Position numbers and translations under genes: made by a program. A stretch of DNA of 64,000 bases from Acidobacteriota bacterium (GTDB lineage Bacteria; Acidobacteriota; UBA6911; RPQK01; JAJDTT01), in assembly GCA_965217775.1 (NCBI GenBank), contig CBDCJH010000001.1, positions 64,001-128,000 on the forward strand. The letters are read 5' to 3'. The first letter of the stretch is position 1; each line of letters begins with the position of its first letter. Shown one piece after another: positions 8,512-20,350 of the stretch. The notes beneath the pieces were generated by a model. The model was not told the DNA's origin, made no database searches, and was given only the letters and a program-made list of their open reading frames with translations.

Positions 8512-9870
8512 CTACCGTAGTGGCGTCGTCTTCTGCTCCGGACGGGGCTCGATGTCGATGGTTTCGGTGCAGTCGACGAAGAACCAGGAGAGCGCGCTGA
8601 CCAGATACATGGCGGCTACGACGACGAACAGGGGATTGTAGTTGGTGGTTTGGACCCATGCGCCGTCCACCCATTGCCGGGCCGTGTTGTAGTCCAGGAT
8701 CAGACCGAAGAGCGGGGGAGCGAGGACACCTCCCGCGCTGCCCGACGTGTTGATGATCCCAAAAAGAGTCGCCGAGTATCTTCCTCCCAGATCGGTGCAG
8801 GTTCCCCACGTCGTCGGTTGACTCCAGTCGGTGAAGAACTTGACCGCGAACAGGGAGATTCCGGCCGCCACCGCGCTCTCCTGACGGATGGTCAAGAGCA
8901 TCAGCAAGCAGGCCAGGAACTTGCCGCTGAATCCGATGAGGCTCCGGCCCCAACGCCGGCTTCCGCTCCACTGGATGGCCCAGTCGTTGCAGTAGCCTCC
9001 CACCATGCCCCCCACGGCTCCTCCCCACAGGGGCAGGCTCACCAGTATGCCCGCCTGGATCATCTCAATGCCTTTGGCGTTCAGGAAAAAGTCTCCCATG
9101 AACGAAACGTAGATGGTGTCGGCGGCCGCGCTCATGATCTGGCCCAGGACGAAATAGCGCATGCTCCGATTGCGCGCGACCCGGCGCCAGGGGAGCACCC
9201 GGGACCCTCCCGGCTCCGGTTTCGGCGATCCCTCCCGAATCAGATCCCGCTCCGCCTGGTTGGTCCTCGGGTCCAGCTTCGGCGAATTGCGAAACAGTTG
9301 CAGGAAGAGCACACCCAGAAGAACCCCTCCTCCTCCCAACAACACCAGTGCCGATTGCCACGAGAAGCCGCAGTAGCCGATGAGGAGGGTCCCGAAGAGG
9401 ATGGGGGACATGGCCCCTCCGCCCCGGCCGAAAAAGGTGGCCACCCAACCCTGGATGATGGTGCGCCGGCTCCGGGGAAACCAGACCTGGGTGACCTTGG
9501 CCAGGTTGGGATAGCAACCCGCCTGGAAGGTGCCGAAGAGAACACGGACGGCGGCCAGAGAAAAGAAACTGCCGGCCGCGGCATGCAGAGGAAGCGCCAA
9601 AGACCAGAGGATCATGATCAGTCCCAGAAACAGATGTGGACCGACCAGATCGCTCACGATGCCGCTGGGAATCTGCAGGAGCCCGTAGGGAGGGATGAAG
9701 AAGGAGAAGAGAGTGCCCAGCTCGGCCTTGGAGAGGCCGTGGGTCCGTTCCAACTCGGGCCCAATGAAATTCCAGGTGTACCGGTGCAGGTAGAGCATCC
9801 AGGACGAGGCGCAGGCCAAGCCGAAGACCAGCCAACGGACTCGGGTGGGAGACTGGAGGGGTTGCCCCAT
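8512..9870 (-). CDS. MFS transporter (ACS/sugar-acid-like)
   Basis: About 12 TM segments, PTRVRW, VRVLFGTFQAG, WFPRSRR. Start may be 9870 or 9888. Confidence 0.9.
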   Translation of the reverse strand: MGQPLQSPTRVRWLVFGLACASSWMLYLHRYTWNFIGPELERTHGLSKAELGTLFSFFIPPYGLLQIPSGIVSDLVGPHLFLGLIMILWSLALPLHAAAGSFFSLAAVRVLFGTFQAGCYPNLAKVTQVWFPRSRRTIIQGWVATFFGRGGGAMSPILFGTLLIGYCGFSWQSALVLLGGGGVLLGVLFLQLFRNSPKLDPRTNQAERDLIREGSPKPEPGGSRVLPWRRVARNRSMRYFVLGQIMSAAADTIYVSFMGDFFLNAKGIEMIQAGILVSLPLWGGAVGGMVGGYCNDWAIQWSGSRRWGRSLIGFSGKFLACLLMLLTIRQESAVAAGISLFAVKFFTDWSQPTTWGTCTDLGGRYSATLFGIINTSGSAGGVLAPPLFGLILDYNTARQWVDGAWVQTTNYNPLFVVVAAMYLVSALSWFFVDCTETIDIEPRPEQKTTPLR

Positions 9871-9905
9871 GCTGGTTGCCGGTATCAAGAGGAATGTGAT
9901 GGGAT

Positions 9906-9983
9906 TGGCGGGACCGACGAGATTCGAACTCGCGACCTCCGGCGTGACAGGCCGGCGTTCTAACCAAGCTGAACTACGGCCCC
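9906..9983 (-). tRNA. tRNA-Asp(GTC)
   Basis: Cloverleaf GGGGCCG...CTGTCAC...TTCGAAT...CGGTCCCGCCA with encoded CCA. Confidence 0.97.
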
Positions 9984-10062
9984 GCTAGGCCGAGCGCACA
10001 TTATATTCATTCCCCCCCTGTCAGGCAACGAAGCGGCCCCATTCCCGTGCTCCGGCCAAACC

Positions 10063-10143
10063 GTAGGGGCACCCCTTGTGTGGGTGCCCGCTTTCGCCTG
10101 CACGGATCGGCCCGGGGAGGGCGACCGCAAGGGTTGCCCCTAC
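10063..10143. repeat. GTAG-type REP doublet (REPIN), copy 1
   Basis: GTAGGGGCACCCCTTGTGTGGGTGCCC ... GGGCGACCGCAAGGGTTGCCCCTAC. Near-identical to 13799-13878. Confidence 0.85.
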
Positions 10144-10214
10144 TTGGGAAAGGTGCCGGTTCAGTTTTTTCTTAGTAAATCCATGAACTTGTGTTATTAT
10201 CGCTGACTGTGCGG

Positions 10215-10505
10215 ATGAGGGGCATCGGTCGAAACACTGAGACACGTCAAAAGGTAGATTTCAGGTCCGAAAGAAATTTAGCCGTTGCCATCTTGAGACA
10301 GGCGTGGCACGAAGCCGTCATCGACCTGCGGATCGTCAAGGAGAACTCCCGCAAAGACTATCGCCTGCTCAAAAAGAAAGCCATCGAGTGGATCGTCAGT
10401 GACGAAGATGGCTTTCCCTACTGGTGCAAGTTGGCTGACGCCGACCACAGCGCCATCCGGCAGCGCCTCCAGGAGCGATTGAGCCAACAGTACAACTGTC
10501 AGTAG
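10215..10505 (+). CDS. Small hypothetical protein
   Basis: ERNLAVAILRQAW...AIEWIVSDEDGFPYWC. AT-rich TG-TATTAT-like promoter region upstream. Confidence 0.7.
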   Translation: MRGIGRNTETRQKVDFRSERNLAVAILRQAWHEAVIDLRIVKENSRKDYRLLKKKAIEWIVSDEDGFPYWCKLADADHSAIRQRLQERLSQQYNCQ

Positions 10506-10694
10506 ACGCTCTCAGTGCTGTCGATGGAATCGCGGACTGCCTTCCACTTCTACCCTTCTTAGAATTCCTCTATCCCCCCTCCGAGAGGAATTCCCTCGCT
10601 TCTATCTTTCACTCCTGATATTGGTTACCCCGAGTCAGCAAATGCCGACTCCAGAGTCGCAATGACGCCTTTTCTCTCACTCCTCACTCCTCCG

Positions 10695-13682
10695 TCAGTC
10701 CCTGGAAGCCGGGACGACGGTCAGGGTGATCCTCTTGCCCTCTCGCACCACGACGATCTCGGTCGGTGAGCCGATCTCCAGAAAATCGATGGCGTAGGTG
10801 TAGTCGTAGATGTCCCCGATCTCACGGTCGGCCAGACGCACCACCAAATCCCCGGCTCTGACTCCCGCCTTTTCGGCCGGTCCCCCGGCCGCGACGCCGG
10901 AGAGGCTGAGACCCTTTTGCGCACCCTGAGCGTAATCGGGAATCGTACCCAGGTAGGCTCTCAGCCCGCTTCTGGCCCCTCGCCTTCTGGGGTCGCTCAT
11001 CTCCTGGTAATCGGGACGGTCGGGGTTTTCCAAGAGATGGACGGCAATCCGGCTCAGGAACGACGCAATCTTCCGCGTCCCCTGATAGTTGATTTTTTCG
11101 GGGCGGTCTCCGGGCGTGTGATAGTCCTCGTGGGAACCGGTGAAGAGGCTCAGGATCGGGACCTGTTTGACATAGAAGGAGGTGGCATCCGTGGGCAGGT
11201 GGCTCTCGGGCTGCATCACGACGGGTAGATCCAGATCCAGGTTGGACCGCTCGATAGCGGAAGGCCAGACAGAACTAGAACCCACACCCTGCACCACCAG
11301 GGATGTCTTCAAGCGACCCACCATGTCCAGATTCAGATAGGCCAACAGGTCGCTTCCGGACCCATGCCCTGGGCCCGATCCATAGGTTTTCATGAAATGG
11401 TTCGAGCCCAGCAGACCGAGCTCCTCGCCTGACCAGAGCGCGAACAAGACGTCTCGTCCCGGCGGAAGGTCTCCCTTGTCACGGAGGTCCACGAGATGTT
11501 CCGCAATCTCCAGAACCGCGGCGACCCCGGACGCATTGTCGTCGGCCCCGTAGTGGATCCCTCCCTCCTCGTCCGACCGGGCCAGAGATGCGGCCGTGGC
11601 TCCCGAGCCCAAATGGTCCAAATGGGCTCCCACCACCAGCACTCCCTCCCCGGCCCTGCTCTGCCCCACTTGCAGCGTCCCCAGAACGTTCCGGCCGGTC
11701 CTCTGCTCCGTGTTCAGATCGACGTTCGAAGCCACCTCGACTCCGGGCAGCACGAAACCCATCTGGAGCTCGCCGGAATCCAGTTCTTCCTGGAGCTCTT
11801 CCAAGGTCCGGTCGTTGGACTCCAGCAGAATTCCGGCTGTCCGGTCGGTAATGGAGATGACGGGGAGGCGTCCGTCCGTGACCGAACCGTCGAGCCTCAG
11901 CGGGATCAGCTCCCGGCGGACCTTGGAGTTGGGACCGCTGGCGATGAGGAGTCCCTGGGCGCCACGGTCCAGGGCCTGCATGGCCTTGTAACGAAGGCTC
12001 CCATAGCGAGCCAGATGGCGCCGCCGTTGGGGAGACACCTCTTCGGGATAGTAACGCAGCACCAGGACCCACTTGCCGGCCACGTCCAGGTGAGCATAGG
12101 AATCGTAGCCCGGATTCTCCTCCAACTCGGGCGCCACAATCCCATACCCGGCAAAGACCACCTGAGAGGTCCCGAAGGTTCCGGTGGCCGAGAAGGACAG
12201 CGGTCTCCAGTCGTGGTCCAGGCGCAGCGACTTCTTCTCTTCCCCACTCACGATGTCCAATCGGTTCTCGGAGCCCAGTGAGACTCCCGCCGTGAAGGGA
12301 AAGGACTGGAAGAAGGAGCCTTCGTCTCCAGCCGGCTTCAACCCCAACCGAGCCAGGACCGAAGCGGCGTACTCGGTGGCCAGGAGCTCTCCCCGAGTCC
12401 CGGTCATTCGTCCCTCCATCTCCTCGGAAGCCAGGCGGATCACGTGGCGGCGAAGGTCCTGAGCCCGGATCAGGGCCTCACTTGCAGTCTCCGCGGCCGA
12501 ACCGGAGACGGCCTCTCCCTCCGGCTCGGAAAGTCCCAGCAGACGTCTCGCTTCCCGGTCGTCCCAGTCGGCCAGATAGATCTGGGAAGTCTTTCCGGGA
12601 GTCCGGTTGGAGGTCCAGGCCAGCGTATCTCCATCGGGAGAGAAGACGGGCAGACCGTCGAATCCGGGAGTCCCGGTGACGCGCACCGGTTCGGAGCGAC
12701 CCCCGGCGGCCACCAGGTAGAGCTCGAAATTGTCCAGGCCATGCAGGTTGGTGGTAAAAATCAGGTAATCGCCGGAAGGATGGAAAAACGGCGCCCAGGA
12801 CATCTTCCCCAGTCGCGTCACGGGCCGCTGGCGGCCCCCGTCCACGTCCATCAGGTAGATCTCGGCCACCAGTCCGTCCTCGGTGAATCTTCGCCAGCAG
12901 ATCTCCCGGCCGGAGGGACTGAAGAAGGGACCGCCGTCATACCCCGGCGAGGCGGTCAGGCGGCGGACGCCGGTACCGTCCGAGTTCATGGAGTAGAGGT
13001 CCACAAAGGACGAAGGGTCCCGGTCCCGGGACTCCACCTGCTCCGGAGACAGACGGGCTTCGTAGGCCAACCGATTCGAGGCGAACACGATCCGTCCGCC
13101 ATCCGGAGACCAGGAAGCTTCAGCGTCATATCCCATCTTGTTGGTGAGGTTCTGCAACGTCGACGTTCCAAGAGTGAGTCCGTAGATTTCATACTCGGCG
13201 TCGAAATCCCACGTGTACCGGCGGGTCCTGCCCGAGGCCCTGCGCTCCAGTTCCTCGCGTTGCTTCCGCCCGGATTCGGGATCATGGTGGGTCGAGGCGA
13301 AGAGAACCTGACCCCCCGAAGGATGAATCCAGCCGCAGGTGGTCTTGCCCTGGCCGGGAGAGAGCCGGCTCACCTCTCTCCGGACCATGTCCATCAGGTA
13401 GATCTGGAAGAACGGGTTTCCCTCCTCGCGCTCGCTCTGGAAGATGAACCGGGAGCCGTCCCGGCTGAAATAACCTTCTCCGGAACGCCGGCCTTCGAAA
13501 GTGAGCTGTCGAGTTCCGGAAAGGAGCGGCTCTCGTTCGCTTGAAACATGATTCGGCTCCGGCGCCGGAGCTCGGCTGAATCCCTGGCTGCCCGAGACGG
13601 ACGCCAGGATGGCCGCCCCGACCCAGACCGCCAGCAGGGTGGAAGATGACCCAGGACGCATCGCGGGAGATCGGTCTCTCAT
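10695..13682 (-). CDS. Secreted M28 peptidase with TolB-like (PD40) propeller, PA and PDZ domains
   Basis: PD40 repeats (GYDGGPFFSP), VGAHLDHLG, GADDNASG, SGEELGLLGS, LNLDMVG, YHTPGD, C-terminal PDZ (YLGTIPD). Start uncertain. Confidence 0.92.
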   Translation of the reverse strand: MRDRSPAMRPGSSSTLLAVWVGAAILASVSGSQGFSRAPAPEPNHVSSEREPLLSGTRQLTFEGRRSGEGYFSRDGSRFIFQSEREEGNPFFQIYLMDMVRREVSRLSPGQGKTTCGWIHPSGGQVLFASTHHDPESGRKQREELERRASGRTRRYTWDFDAEYEIYGLTLGTSTLQNLTNKMGYDAEASWSPDGGRIVFASNRLAYEARLSPEQVESRDRDPSSFVDLYSMNSDGTGVRRLTASPGYDGGPFFSPSGREICWRRFTEDGLVAEIYLMDVDGGRQRPVTRLGKMSWAPFFHPSGDYLIFTTNLHGLDNFELYLVAAGGRSEPVRVTGTPGFDGLPVFSPDGDTLAWTSNRTPGKTSQIYLADWDDREARRLLGLSEPEGEAVSGSAAETASEALIRAQDLRRHVIRLASEEMEGRMTGTRGELLATEYAASVLARLGLKPAGDEGSFFQSFPFTAGVSLGSENRLDIVSGEEKKSLRLDHDWRPLSFSATGTFGTSQVVFAGYGIVAPELEENPGYDSYAHLDVAGKWVLVLRYYPEEVSPQRRRHLARYGSLRYKAMQALDRGAQGLLIASGPNSKVRRELIPLRLDGSVTDGRLPVISITDRTAGILLESNDRTLEELQEELDSGELQMGFVLPGVEVASNVDLNTEQRTGRNVLGTLQVGQSRAGEGVLVVGAHLDHLGSGATAASLARSDEEGGIHYGADDNASGVAAVLEIAEHLVDLRDKGDLPPGRDVLFALWSGEELGLLGSNHFMKTYGSGPGHGSGSDLLAYLNLDMVGRLKTSLVVQGVGSSSVWPSAIERSNLDLDLPVVMQPESHLPTDATSFYVKQVPILSLFTGSHEDYHTPGDRPEKINYQGTRKIASFLSRIAVHLLENPDRPDYQEMSDPRRRGARSGLRAYLGTIPDYAQGAQKGLSLSGVAAGGPAEKAGVRAGDLVVRLADREIGDIYDYTYAIDFLEIGSPTEIVVVREGKRITLTVVPASRD

Positions 13683-13798
13683 CGGGCTACAATAGCAGCC
13701 CCTGCCAAGCATCGTCATGGTCTCCACCAACAACACTGTCCCCATTTTTCTGGGGGTTCAGTAGAACAGGGGAAGCAGGTTTGAACGAGGATCGCGAC

Positions 13799-13878
13799 GT
13801 AGGGTCACCCCTTGTGGGTGCCCGCTTTCGCCCTTCACTGATCGGCCCGGGGAAGTCGACCACAAGGGTCGCCCCTAC
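13799..13878. repeat. GTAG-type REP doublet (REPIN), copy 2
   Basis: Same arms and spacer as 10063-10143. Confidence 0.85.
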
Positions 13879-13933
13879 GTTTTCCTCTTTGGTCCGTTTG
13901 ACACCCGGAAATAGGGGTGACTATTCTCCCGTG

Positions 13934-14818
13934 ATGGCCACGGACGCGACATCGACGCTGCAGAGGGTCCCCCTTCGGGAGGGTGAGCCGGTTCTGCTCA
14001 TCGGACCCAAGAACAAGCGCCACATGCTTCAACTGCGCCCAGGTGGCCTCTTCCACCACTCCCATACCGGCCACGTCTCCCACGACGAGATCGTGGGCAA
14101 GCCCCCAGGCTGCCGGTTTCTGAGCCGCCAGGGAATACCTGTCGTCTGCCTGCGGCCTACGCTGGAACGGTACGTTCTCAAGAGGCTGCGCCGTCGAACC
14201 CAGATCATCTACCCGCGGGACTCGACGCAGATCCTGCTCCGGGGCGACATCTATCCTGGGGCCCGGGTTCTGGAAGCGGGCCTGGGGTCCGGATCGGTCG
14301 CCCTGATCCTGCTCCGTTTCCTGGGACCGCAGGGTCATCTCATCTCCTACGAGCGCCGGGAAGAGTTCGCTTCGCTGGCCCGGGACACGCTCTCCGAATT
14401 CGCGGGCCTCTACGGGGCTTCGGGAGCGCGGCACACGATCGTTCTGGAGGATGTCTACGACGGGATCCGGGAGGAGGACCTGGACACGATCCTGCTCGAC
14501 GTCCCCGAACCGGAGAGCGCCGTCGACTCGGCGGCAGCGGCGTTGAGACCGGGCGGCAGCCTTCTCTGTTGGCTTCCCACGGCGCTTCAAGTGTACCGCC
14601 TGGTGAGAAAATTGCAGCGCGACCCGGACTGGGCGCACATCGAAACCACCGAGTCGCTGGTCCGTCCCTGGCACGTCAGCGAGGCTTCCATCCGGCCGGT
14701 CCATCGGATGGTGGCGCACACCGGCTTTCTGGTTTCCGCCCGGCGTATCTATGTGGAACCTGCGGATCAGAACTCCACGGTGGGAGCCGCCTCAGCCCCC
14801 TCGGAGGCTTCGAAGTAA
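13934..14818 (+). CDS. trmI: tRNA (adenine-N1)-methyltransferase, TrmI/GCD14 family
   Basis: TQIIYPRD, VLEAGLGSG, SYERREEF, LLDVPEP, RPVHRMVAHTGFL. Confidence 0.9.
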   Translation: MATDATSTLQRVPLREGEPVLLIGPKNKRHMLQLRPGGLFHHSHTGHVSHDEIVGKPPGCRFLSRQGIPVVCLRPTLERYVLKRLRRRTQIIYPRDSTQILLRGDIYPGARVLEAGLGSGSVALILLRFLGPQGHLISYERREEFASLARDTLSEFAGLYGASGARHTIVLEDVYDGIREEDLDTILLDVPEPESAVDSAAAALRPGGSLLCWLPTALQVYRLVRKLQRDPDWAHIETTESLVRPWHVSEASIRPVHRMVAHTGFLVSARRIYVEPADQNSTVGAASAPSEASK

Positions 14819-15333
14819 GCCGTGCTCCGCTCGAAGCCGTAAAAGCCGGCCACCAGGTTGGTGGGAAACCGGCGGACCGTCGTGTTGTAGTTCCGTACCG
14901 CCTGGTTGTAGCGGCGCCGCTCCACGGCGATCCGGTTTTCGGTACCGGCCAACTCATCCTGCAGGGCCAGGAAGTTCTGATTGGACTTGAGTTCGGGATA
15001 GCGCTCGGCGACCAGGAGAAGGCGAGACAGCATCCCTTCCATCTGGCCGGCGATCTGAGCCTTGCCGGCGGTGGTCCGGGCGGCTCCCCATTGGCTGCGC
15101 AAGCGGGTGACCTCCGTAAAGACTTCCCGCTCCTGGGCTGCAAACCCCTTCACGGTGTTCACCAGGTTGGGGATCAGATCGTAGCGCCGTTGCAACACCG
15201 TCTCCACTTGGGCCCAAGCACTCTCCACCCCCTCATTCAACGTGACCAGCCGGTTGAAAGAGCCGGTCAGACTCATGCCGATGATGAGGAAAAGAAGCAG
15301 GAAAGCTCCCAAGACGATCCATGTCTTCTTCAA
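14767..15333 (-). CDS. lemA: LemA family protein
   Basis: N-terminal TM, LQRRYDLIPNLV, YPELKSNQNF, LAGTENRIAVERRRYN, FPTNLVA. Confidence 0.95.
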   Translation of the reverse strand: MKKTWIVLGAFLLLFLIIGMSLTGSFNRLVTLNEGVESAWAQVETVLQRRYDLIPNLVNTVKGFAAQEREVFTEVTRLRSQWGAARTTAGKAQIAGQMEGMLSRLLLVAERYPELKSNQNFLALQDELAGTENRIAVERRRYNQAVRNYNTTVRRFPTNLVAGFYGFERSTAYFEASEGAEAAPTVEF

Positions 15334-16070
15334 GACGACAACTCCTGTTCATCAGCCCGTCCCCGCCCCTGGACGTAGCTGTCGATGGTGTCCACCACCG
15401 TTTCAACGGTCTTCAGAAAATCTCCGAAGAGGGCGTCCGCGTTGACTTGTCTGACCTTCATGTGTCCTTCCTTGAGGGCTTCGACGGTTTCGAACGGTGT
15501 GGGGTCCAATGGGATCCGCCGGGCTAGAGCGGCCAGCGCATCCAGCTTCTTGGCCGGCGCCTCGATCTGGTAGAGGCGAAGGGCCGCACGAAAGAGGACC
15601 AGGAAAGAAGCAACGGAACGGACCAGGACTTCCACCACGTCCCGGGGCTTGCCTCCCGTAATCAGATAGGCTTCCCGCAGTTGAATCAGCTTTCCCTTGA
15701 GCTCCGACTCCACCTGGTGTCTCAGATTCCCTTCACTGACCGGAATCCGGCTGAGGACATCCGCGCCGTAAAGGACCCGGTTCGCCGCCTTCATGTCCAG
15801 GATCTCGATGGGGAAGACGTCCGCCGACTGTTTCAATCGCTCCAAAGTGAAGAGCAGCGGAGGCGGATTCCCTGCCTTGACCCAACGCCGAGCCACGCTG
15901 GACAGAGCCCGCAACTCCGGCACTCCCAGACTCTCCGCGATGACGAGCACATTGTAGTCCGAGCGCTTCTTTACGAAGTCACCGGCGACGGCCGACCCGT
16001 ACAGAATGACCGACCTGAGACTCAAGGGTTGGACTTTGCGCAGCTTCTCGACCAATTGTTCCGGTTTCAT
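15330..16070 (-). CDS. Nucleotidyltransferase-fold protein
   Basis: SVILYGSAVAGD...SDYNVLV, a Pol-beta-like GS/DxD motif with the second Asp replaced by Asn. Confidence 0.8.
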   Translation of the reverse strand: MKPEQLVEKLRKVQPLSLRSVILYGSAVAGDFVKKRSDYNVLVIAESLGVPELRALSSVARRWVKAGNPPPLLFTLERLKQSADVFPIEILDMKAANRVLYGADVLSRIPVSEGNLRHQVESELKGKLIQLREAYLITGGKPRDVVEVLVRSVASFLVLFRAALRLYQIEAPAKKLDALAALARRIPLDPTPFETVEALKEGHMKVRQVNADALFGDFLKTVETVVDTIDSYVQGRGRADEQELSS

Positions 16071-16098
16071 GTTTTCAAATCCGATCCGAGACCGACGC

Positions 16099-16860
16099 TT
16101 ACCAACTCCTGCCGGCGCCTCCGCCCCCGGAGAGCCCGCCACCGAAGCCGCCGAAGCCCCCTCCCGAGAATCCGCCGCCATAGCCGCCCCGCGGGAACCC
16201 GGCACCCATTCCGAGAGGCAGAAACAACCCCAACAGGGGACGCCGCAGGAACAGGAACAGGAGAAATAGCAGATAGAGCAGGTTGCCGGCGCCCGGACGG
16301 CGGCTTCTTCGAGGCTCCGACGGGACGGCAGCCCCGCTGAGAGTGACTTCCGCATCCCGGGCAATCACCCCGGCAATCGTGAGCGCGCCCCTGGCCAAGC
16401 CACCCCCATGGCGCCCGTGGCGGAAATCCGGCATCACCGCCTGGTCCAGAATGCGTCCCACCAACGCGTCCGGAAGGAGTCCTTCCAAACCGTAACCGAC
16501 TTCAATCCAGATCTTGCGATCCTCCAGCGAGGTGAGGATCAGAACACCGTTGTCCTTGCCTTTCCGTCCCACTCCCCAGCGCTCGAAGAGCCGATTGGCG
16601 AAGTCCCGGATCTCTCCTCCCTTCAGCGACCGGAGAGTGACCACCGCAATCTGAGCCGACGTCTTCTGCTCCAGTTCCCTGAGCCGAACCTCCAGTGACC
16701 GCCTCAGATTGGCGTCCATCACGCCCGCGTAGTCGCTGACGTAACCCTGGGGCTTCAGACTCTCCAGCAGGGTGTCCGGCTCGACCTGGGCCTGGGATTG
16801 ACTGCCCAGCAGGAGGAGCAGGGGCACCAGCAACCAACGGCTCGTTCTCACGGGCTCCAT
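16099..16860 (-). CDS. TPM domain protein (YgcG-like)
   Basis: YVSDYAG, WGVGRKGKDNGVLIL, IEVGYGLEG, and a Gly-rich tail ending GGGAGRSW. Confidence 0.93.
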   Translation of the reverse strand: MEPVRTSRWLLVPLLLLLGSQSQAQVEPDTLLESLKPQGYVSDYAGVMDANLRRSLEVRLRELEQKTSAQIAVVTLRSLKGGEIRDFANRLFERWGVGRKGKDNGVLILTSLEDRKIWIEVGYGLEGLLPDALVGRILDQAVMPDFRHGRHGGGLARGALTIAGVIARDAEVTLSGAAVPSEPRRSRRPGAGNLLYLLFLLFLFLRRPLLGLFLPLGMGAGFPRGGYGGGFSGGGFGGFGGGLSGGGGAGRSW

Positions 16861-16889
16861 TGTACTCGACTCGCCGGTAACCCGATCGG

Positions 16890-16937
16890 AGGATCGCGAA
16901 GCGGCCCGGGGAGGGCGACTACAAGGGTCGCCCCTAC
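16890..16937. repeat. Half REPIN (right arm only) of the same GTAG family
   Basis: CGGCCCGGGGAGGGCGACTACAAGGGTCGCCCCTAC, preceded by GAGGATCGCGA as at 13787. Confidence 0.8.
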
Positions 16938-16943
16938 TGCCGA

Positions 16944-19261
16944 TCAGAGCCGGATCCGCCGCAATCTCAAGGCGTTGGCGATCACCGAGAGAGAGCTGAG
17001 AGCCATGGCCGCGGCGGCCAGCATGGGGTTCAGCGTGACTCCCCAGAGAGGATACAGGACCCCGGCCGCTACCGGAACACCCAACATGTTGTAAAGAAAA
17101 GCTAAAAACAGATTTTGGCGAATGTTTCGCAGCGTCGCCCGGCTCAATCGGAGAGCTCGAAGAATGCCTTTCAGATCCCCCCGAACCAGGGTCACCCCGG
17201 CACTCTTGAGGGCGATGTCGGATCCCGTGCCCATGGCGATGCCCACCTGGGCCAAGGCCAGGGCCGGGGCGTCGTTGACGCCATCCCCCGCCATGGCCAC
17301 GATCCGGCCCTCCTCCTGGTACCTATGAATCAGACTCGCCTTCTCGTCGGGCAACATCTCCGACCGGACCCGTTCGATCCCCAGCTCACTCGCCACCGCG
17401 TCGGCCGTGGTCCGGCCGTCGCCGGTGAGCATGACGATCCTGAGGTCTTGGATCCTCAACTGCGCCAGAGTCTCCCGGGCGGACGCCTTGACCGGGTCAC
17501 CCAGACCCAAAACGCCGGAGCTACGCCCGTCGACGGCCACGAAGAAGGCCGTCAGCCCGCGGTGGCGCAACTCTTCCGCCTGCTGATCCAGATCCCCCAC
17601 CCGGACGGACAGACCCGCCAGGAAACGCCGGTTGCCCACCGCCACATCCCGGCCCTCCACCTTTCCCCGGACCCCCTGTCCGGCCACGGAATCGAAGCGT
17701 TTCACGGAAGGTAACTCCAGACCCTCCCGACGCGCTCCATCAACCACGGCCCCGGCCAGGGGATGCTCACTCCCCTGTTCGACGCCGGCGGCGAGTCTCA
17801 GGATCTCCTCACGCTTCCATCCGGCGGCCGGAAGCACGGCCTGAAGCCGGGGTCTCCCTTCGGTGAGAGTGCCCGTCTTGTCGACCATCAGGGTATCCAC
17901 GCGCTCCAGGACTTCCAGCGATTCGGCGTCGCGAATCAGGACCCCCGATCGGGCCCCCTCCCCCACCCCCACCATGATGGACATGGGAGTGGCCAGACCG
18001 AGGGCGCAGGGACACGCGATCAGCAATACCGCTGCCGCCGTGACGAGCGCGTTGGCCCACCTGGGTTCCGGTCCCAGCAGTCCCCACGTCACTGCCGCCG
18101 CCACCGCCACCAGAATGACCCCGGGTACGAACCACGCCGCCACCCGGTCCACCAAGCGGTGGACGGGCGCCCGGGAGCGTTGGGCTTCGGTGACCATCCG
18201 GACGATACGGGCCAAAAGGGTCTCGGTCCCGACCCGGCGAGCCTCCATGACGAGCGTACCGGAACCGTTCGCCGTCCCGCCCGTCACCGAGTCTCCCGGT
18301 TGTTTCATGACCGGGATGGACTCGCCGCTGATCATGGACTCGTCGACGCTGCTCTCTCCCTCCAGCACCCGGCCGTCCACCGGGACCTTGTCCCCCGGGC
18401 GCACTCGCAGCCGATCGCCCGGCTGCACGTCCCCCAAAGGCACCACTTCTTCGCCTCCGGCGACGATCTTCCGGGCGGTGGGCGGAGACAGTTCCAGCAG
18501 GGACCGGATGGCGCTGCCGGTACGCGCCCTGGCTCTGAGCTCCAGGACCTGCCCCAGAAGGACCAGGGTCGTGATGACGGCGGCCGCCTCGAAATAGACG
18601 CCCACCTGACCGAGGCTGTCCCGATAGACATCCGGAAAAGATTTTGGAAACCCGACGGCCGCCAAGCTGTAGACGTAGGCTGCGCCCGTGCCCAGGGCAA
18701 TCAGCGTGAACATGTTCAGGCTGCGATTCAGAATGGAGGCCCAGGCTCTCTGCCAGAAGGGGAGCCCTCCCCAGATCACCACGGGCGTGGCCAGCAGCAG
18801 CTCGATCCACTGGCGGAGCGTCGGAGTCAAGGTCCCGGAGATCGGACGTCCCGGCGCCATATCCAACATGGACAGCAGAAAAAGGGGAACGGTGAAACCG
18901 AGACTCCAGCGGAAACGCCGGGTCATTTCCCGCAATTCTCCGTCGTCGTCTCCTGCCGCCGGGTCGTACGGCTGCAAAGCCATGCCACATGAGGGACACG
19001 ACCCTGGTGTCGGCGACTCGACGCCGGGACACATGGGGCAGACGTAAGCGAAGGCGTCCCCATGGTCCCGGACCTGGTCCTCGGAAGGGTCCCCTCCCTG
19101 GTGCGCAAGGGCGAGTTCCGGATCGGACCGGAACAAATCGGCGCAGTGTGAGCAGCAAAAGTAGTACCTGGTTCCCCGGTGGGCGACGGTGACGGTGTCG
19201 GGTCCGGGAGTCACCGTCATCCCGCAAACCGGATCGATTTCACGCTGCTCGGACGAGGGGC

Positions 19262-19265
<4 letters not shown>
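16944..19265 (-). CDS. copA: Cu(I)/Ag(I) P1B-type ATPase with YHS and heavy-metal-binding N-terminal domains
   Basis: DPVCGM, YVCPMC, SGES, CPC, DKTGT, HP, GDGVND, YN and MxxSS. Confidence 0.93.

Positions 19266-20346
<1,081 letters not shown>

Positions 20347-20350
<4 letters not shown>

Noticed and set aside
9906-9983. tRNA-Asp as an island integration site
   Set aside because: No integrase and no duplicated tRNA 3' end seen. The flanking genes look like core genes.
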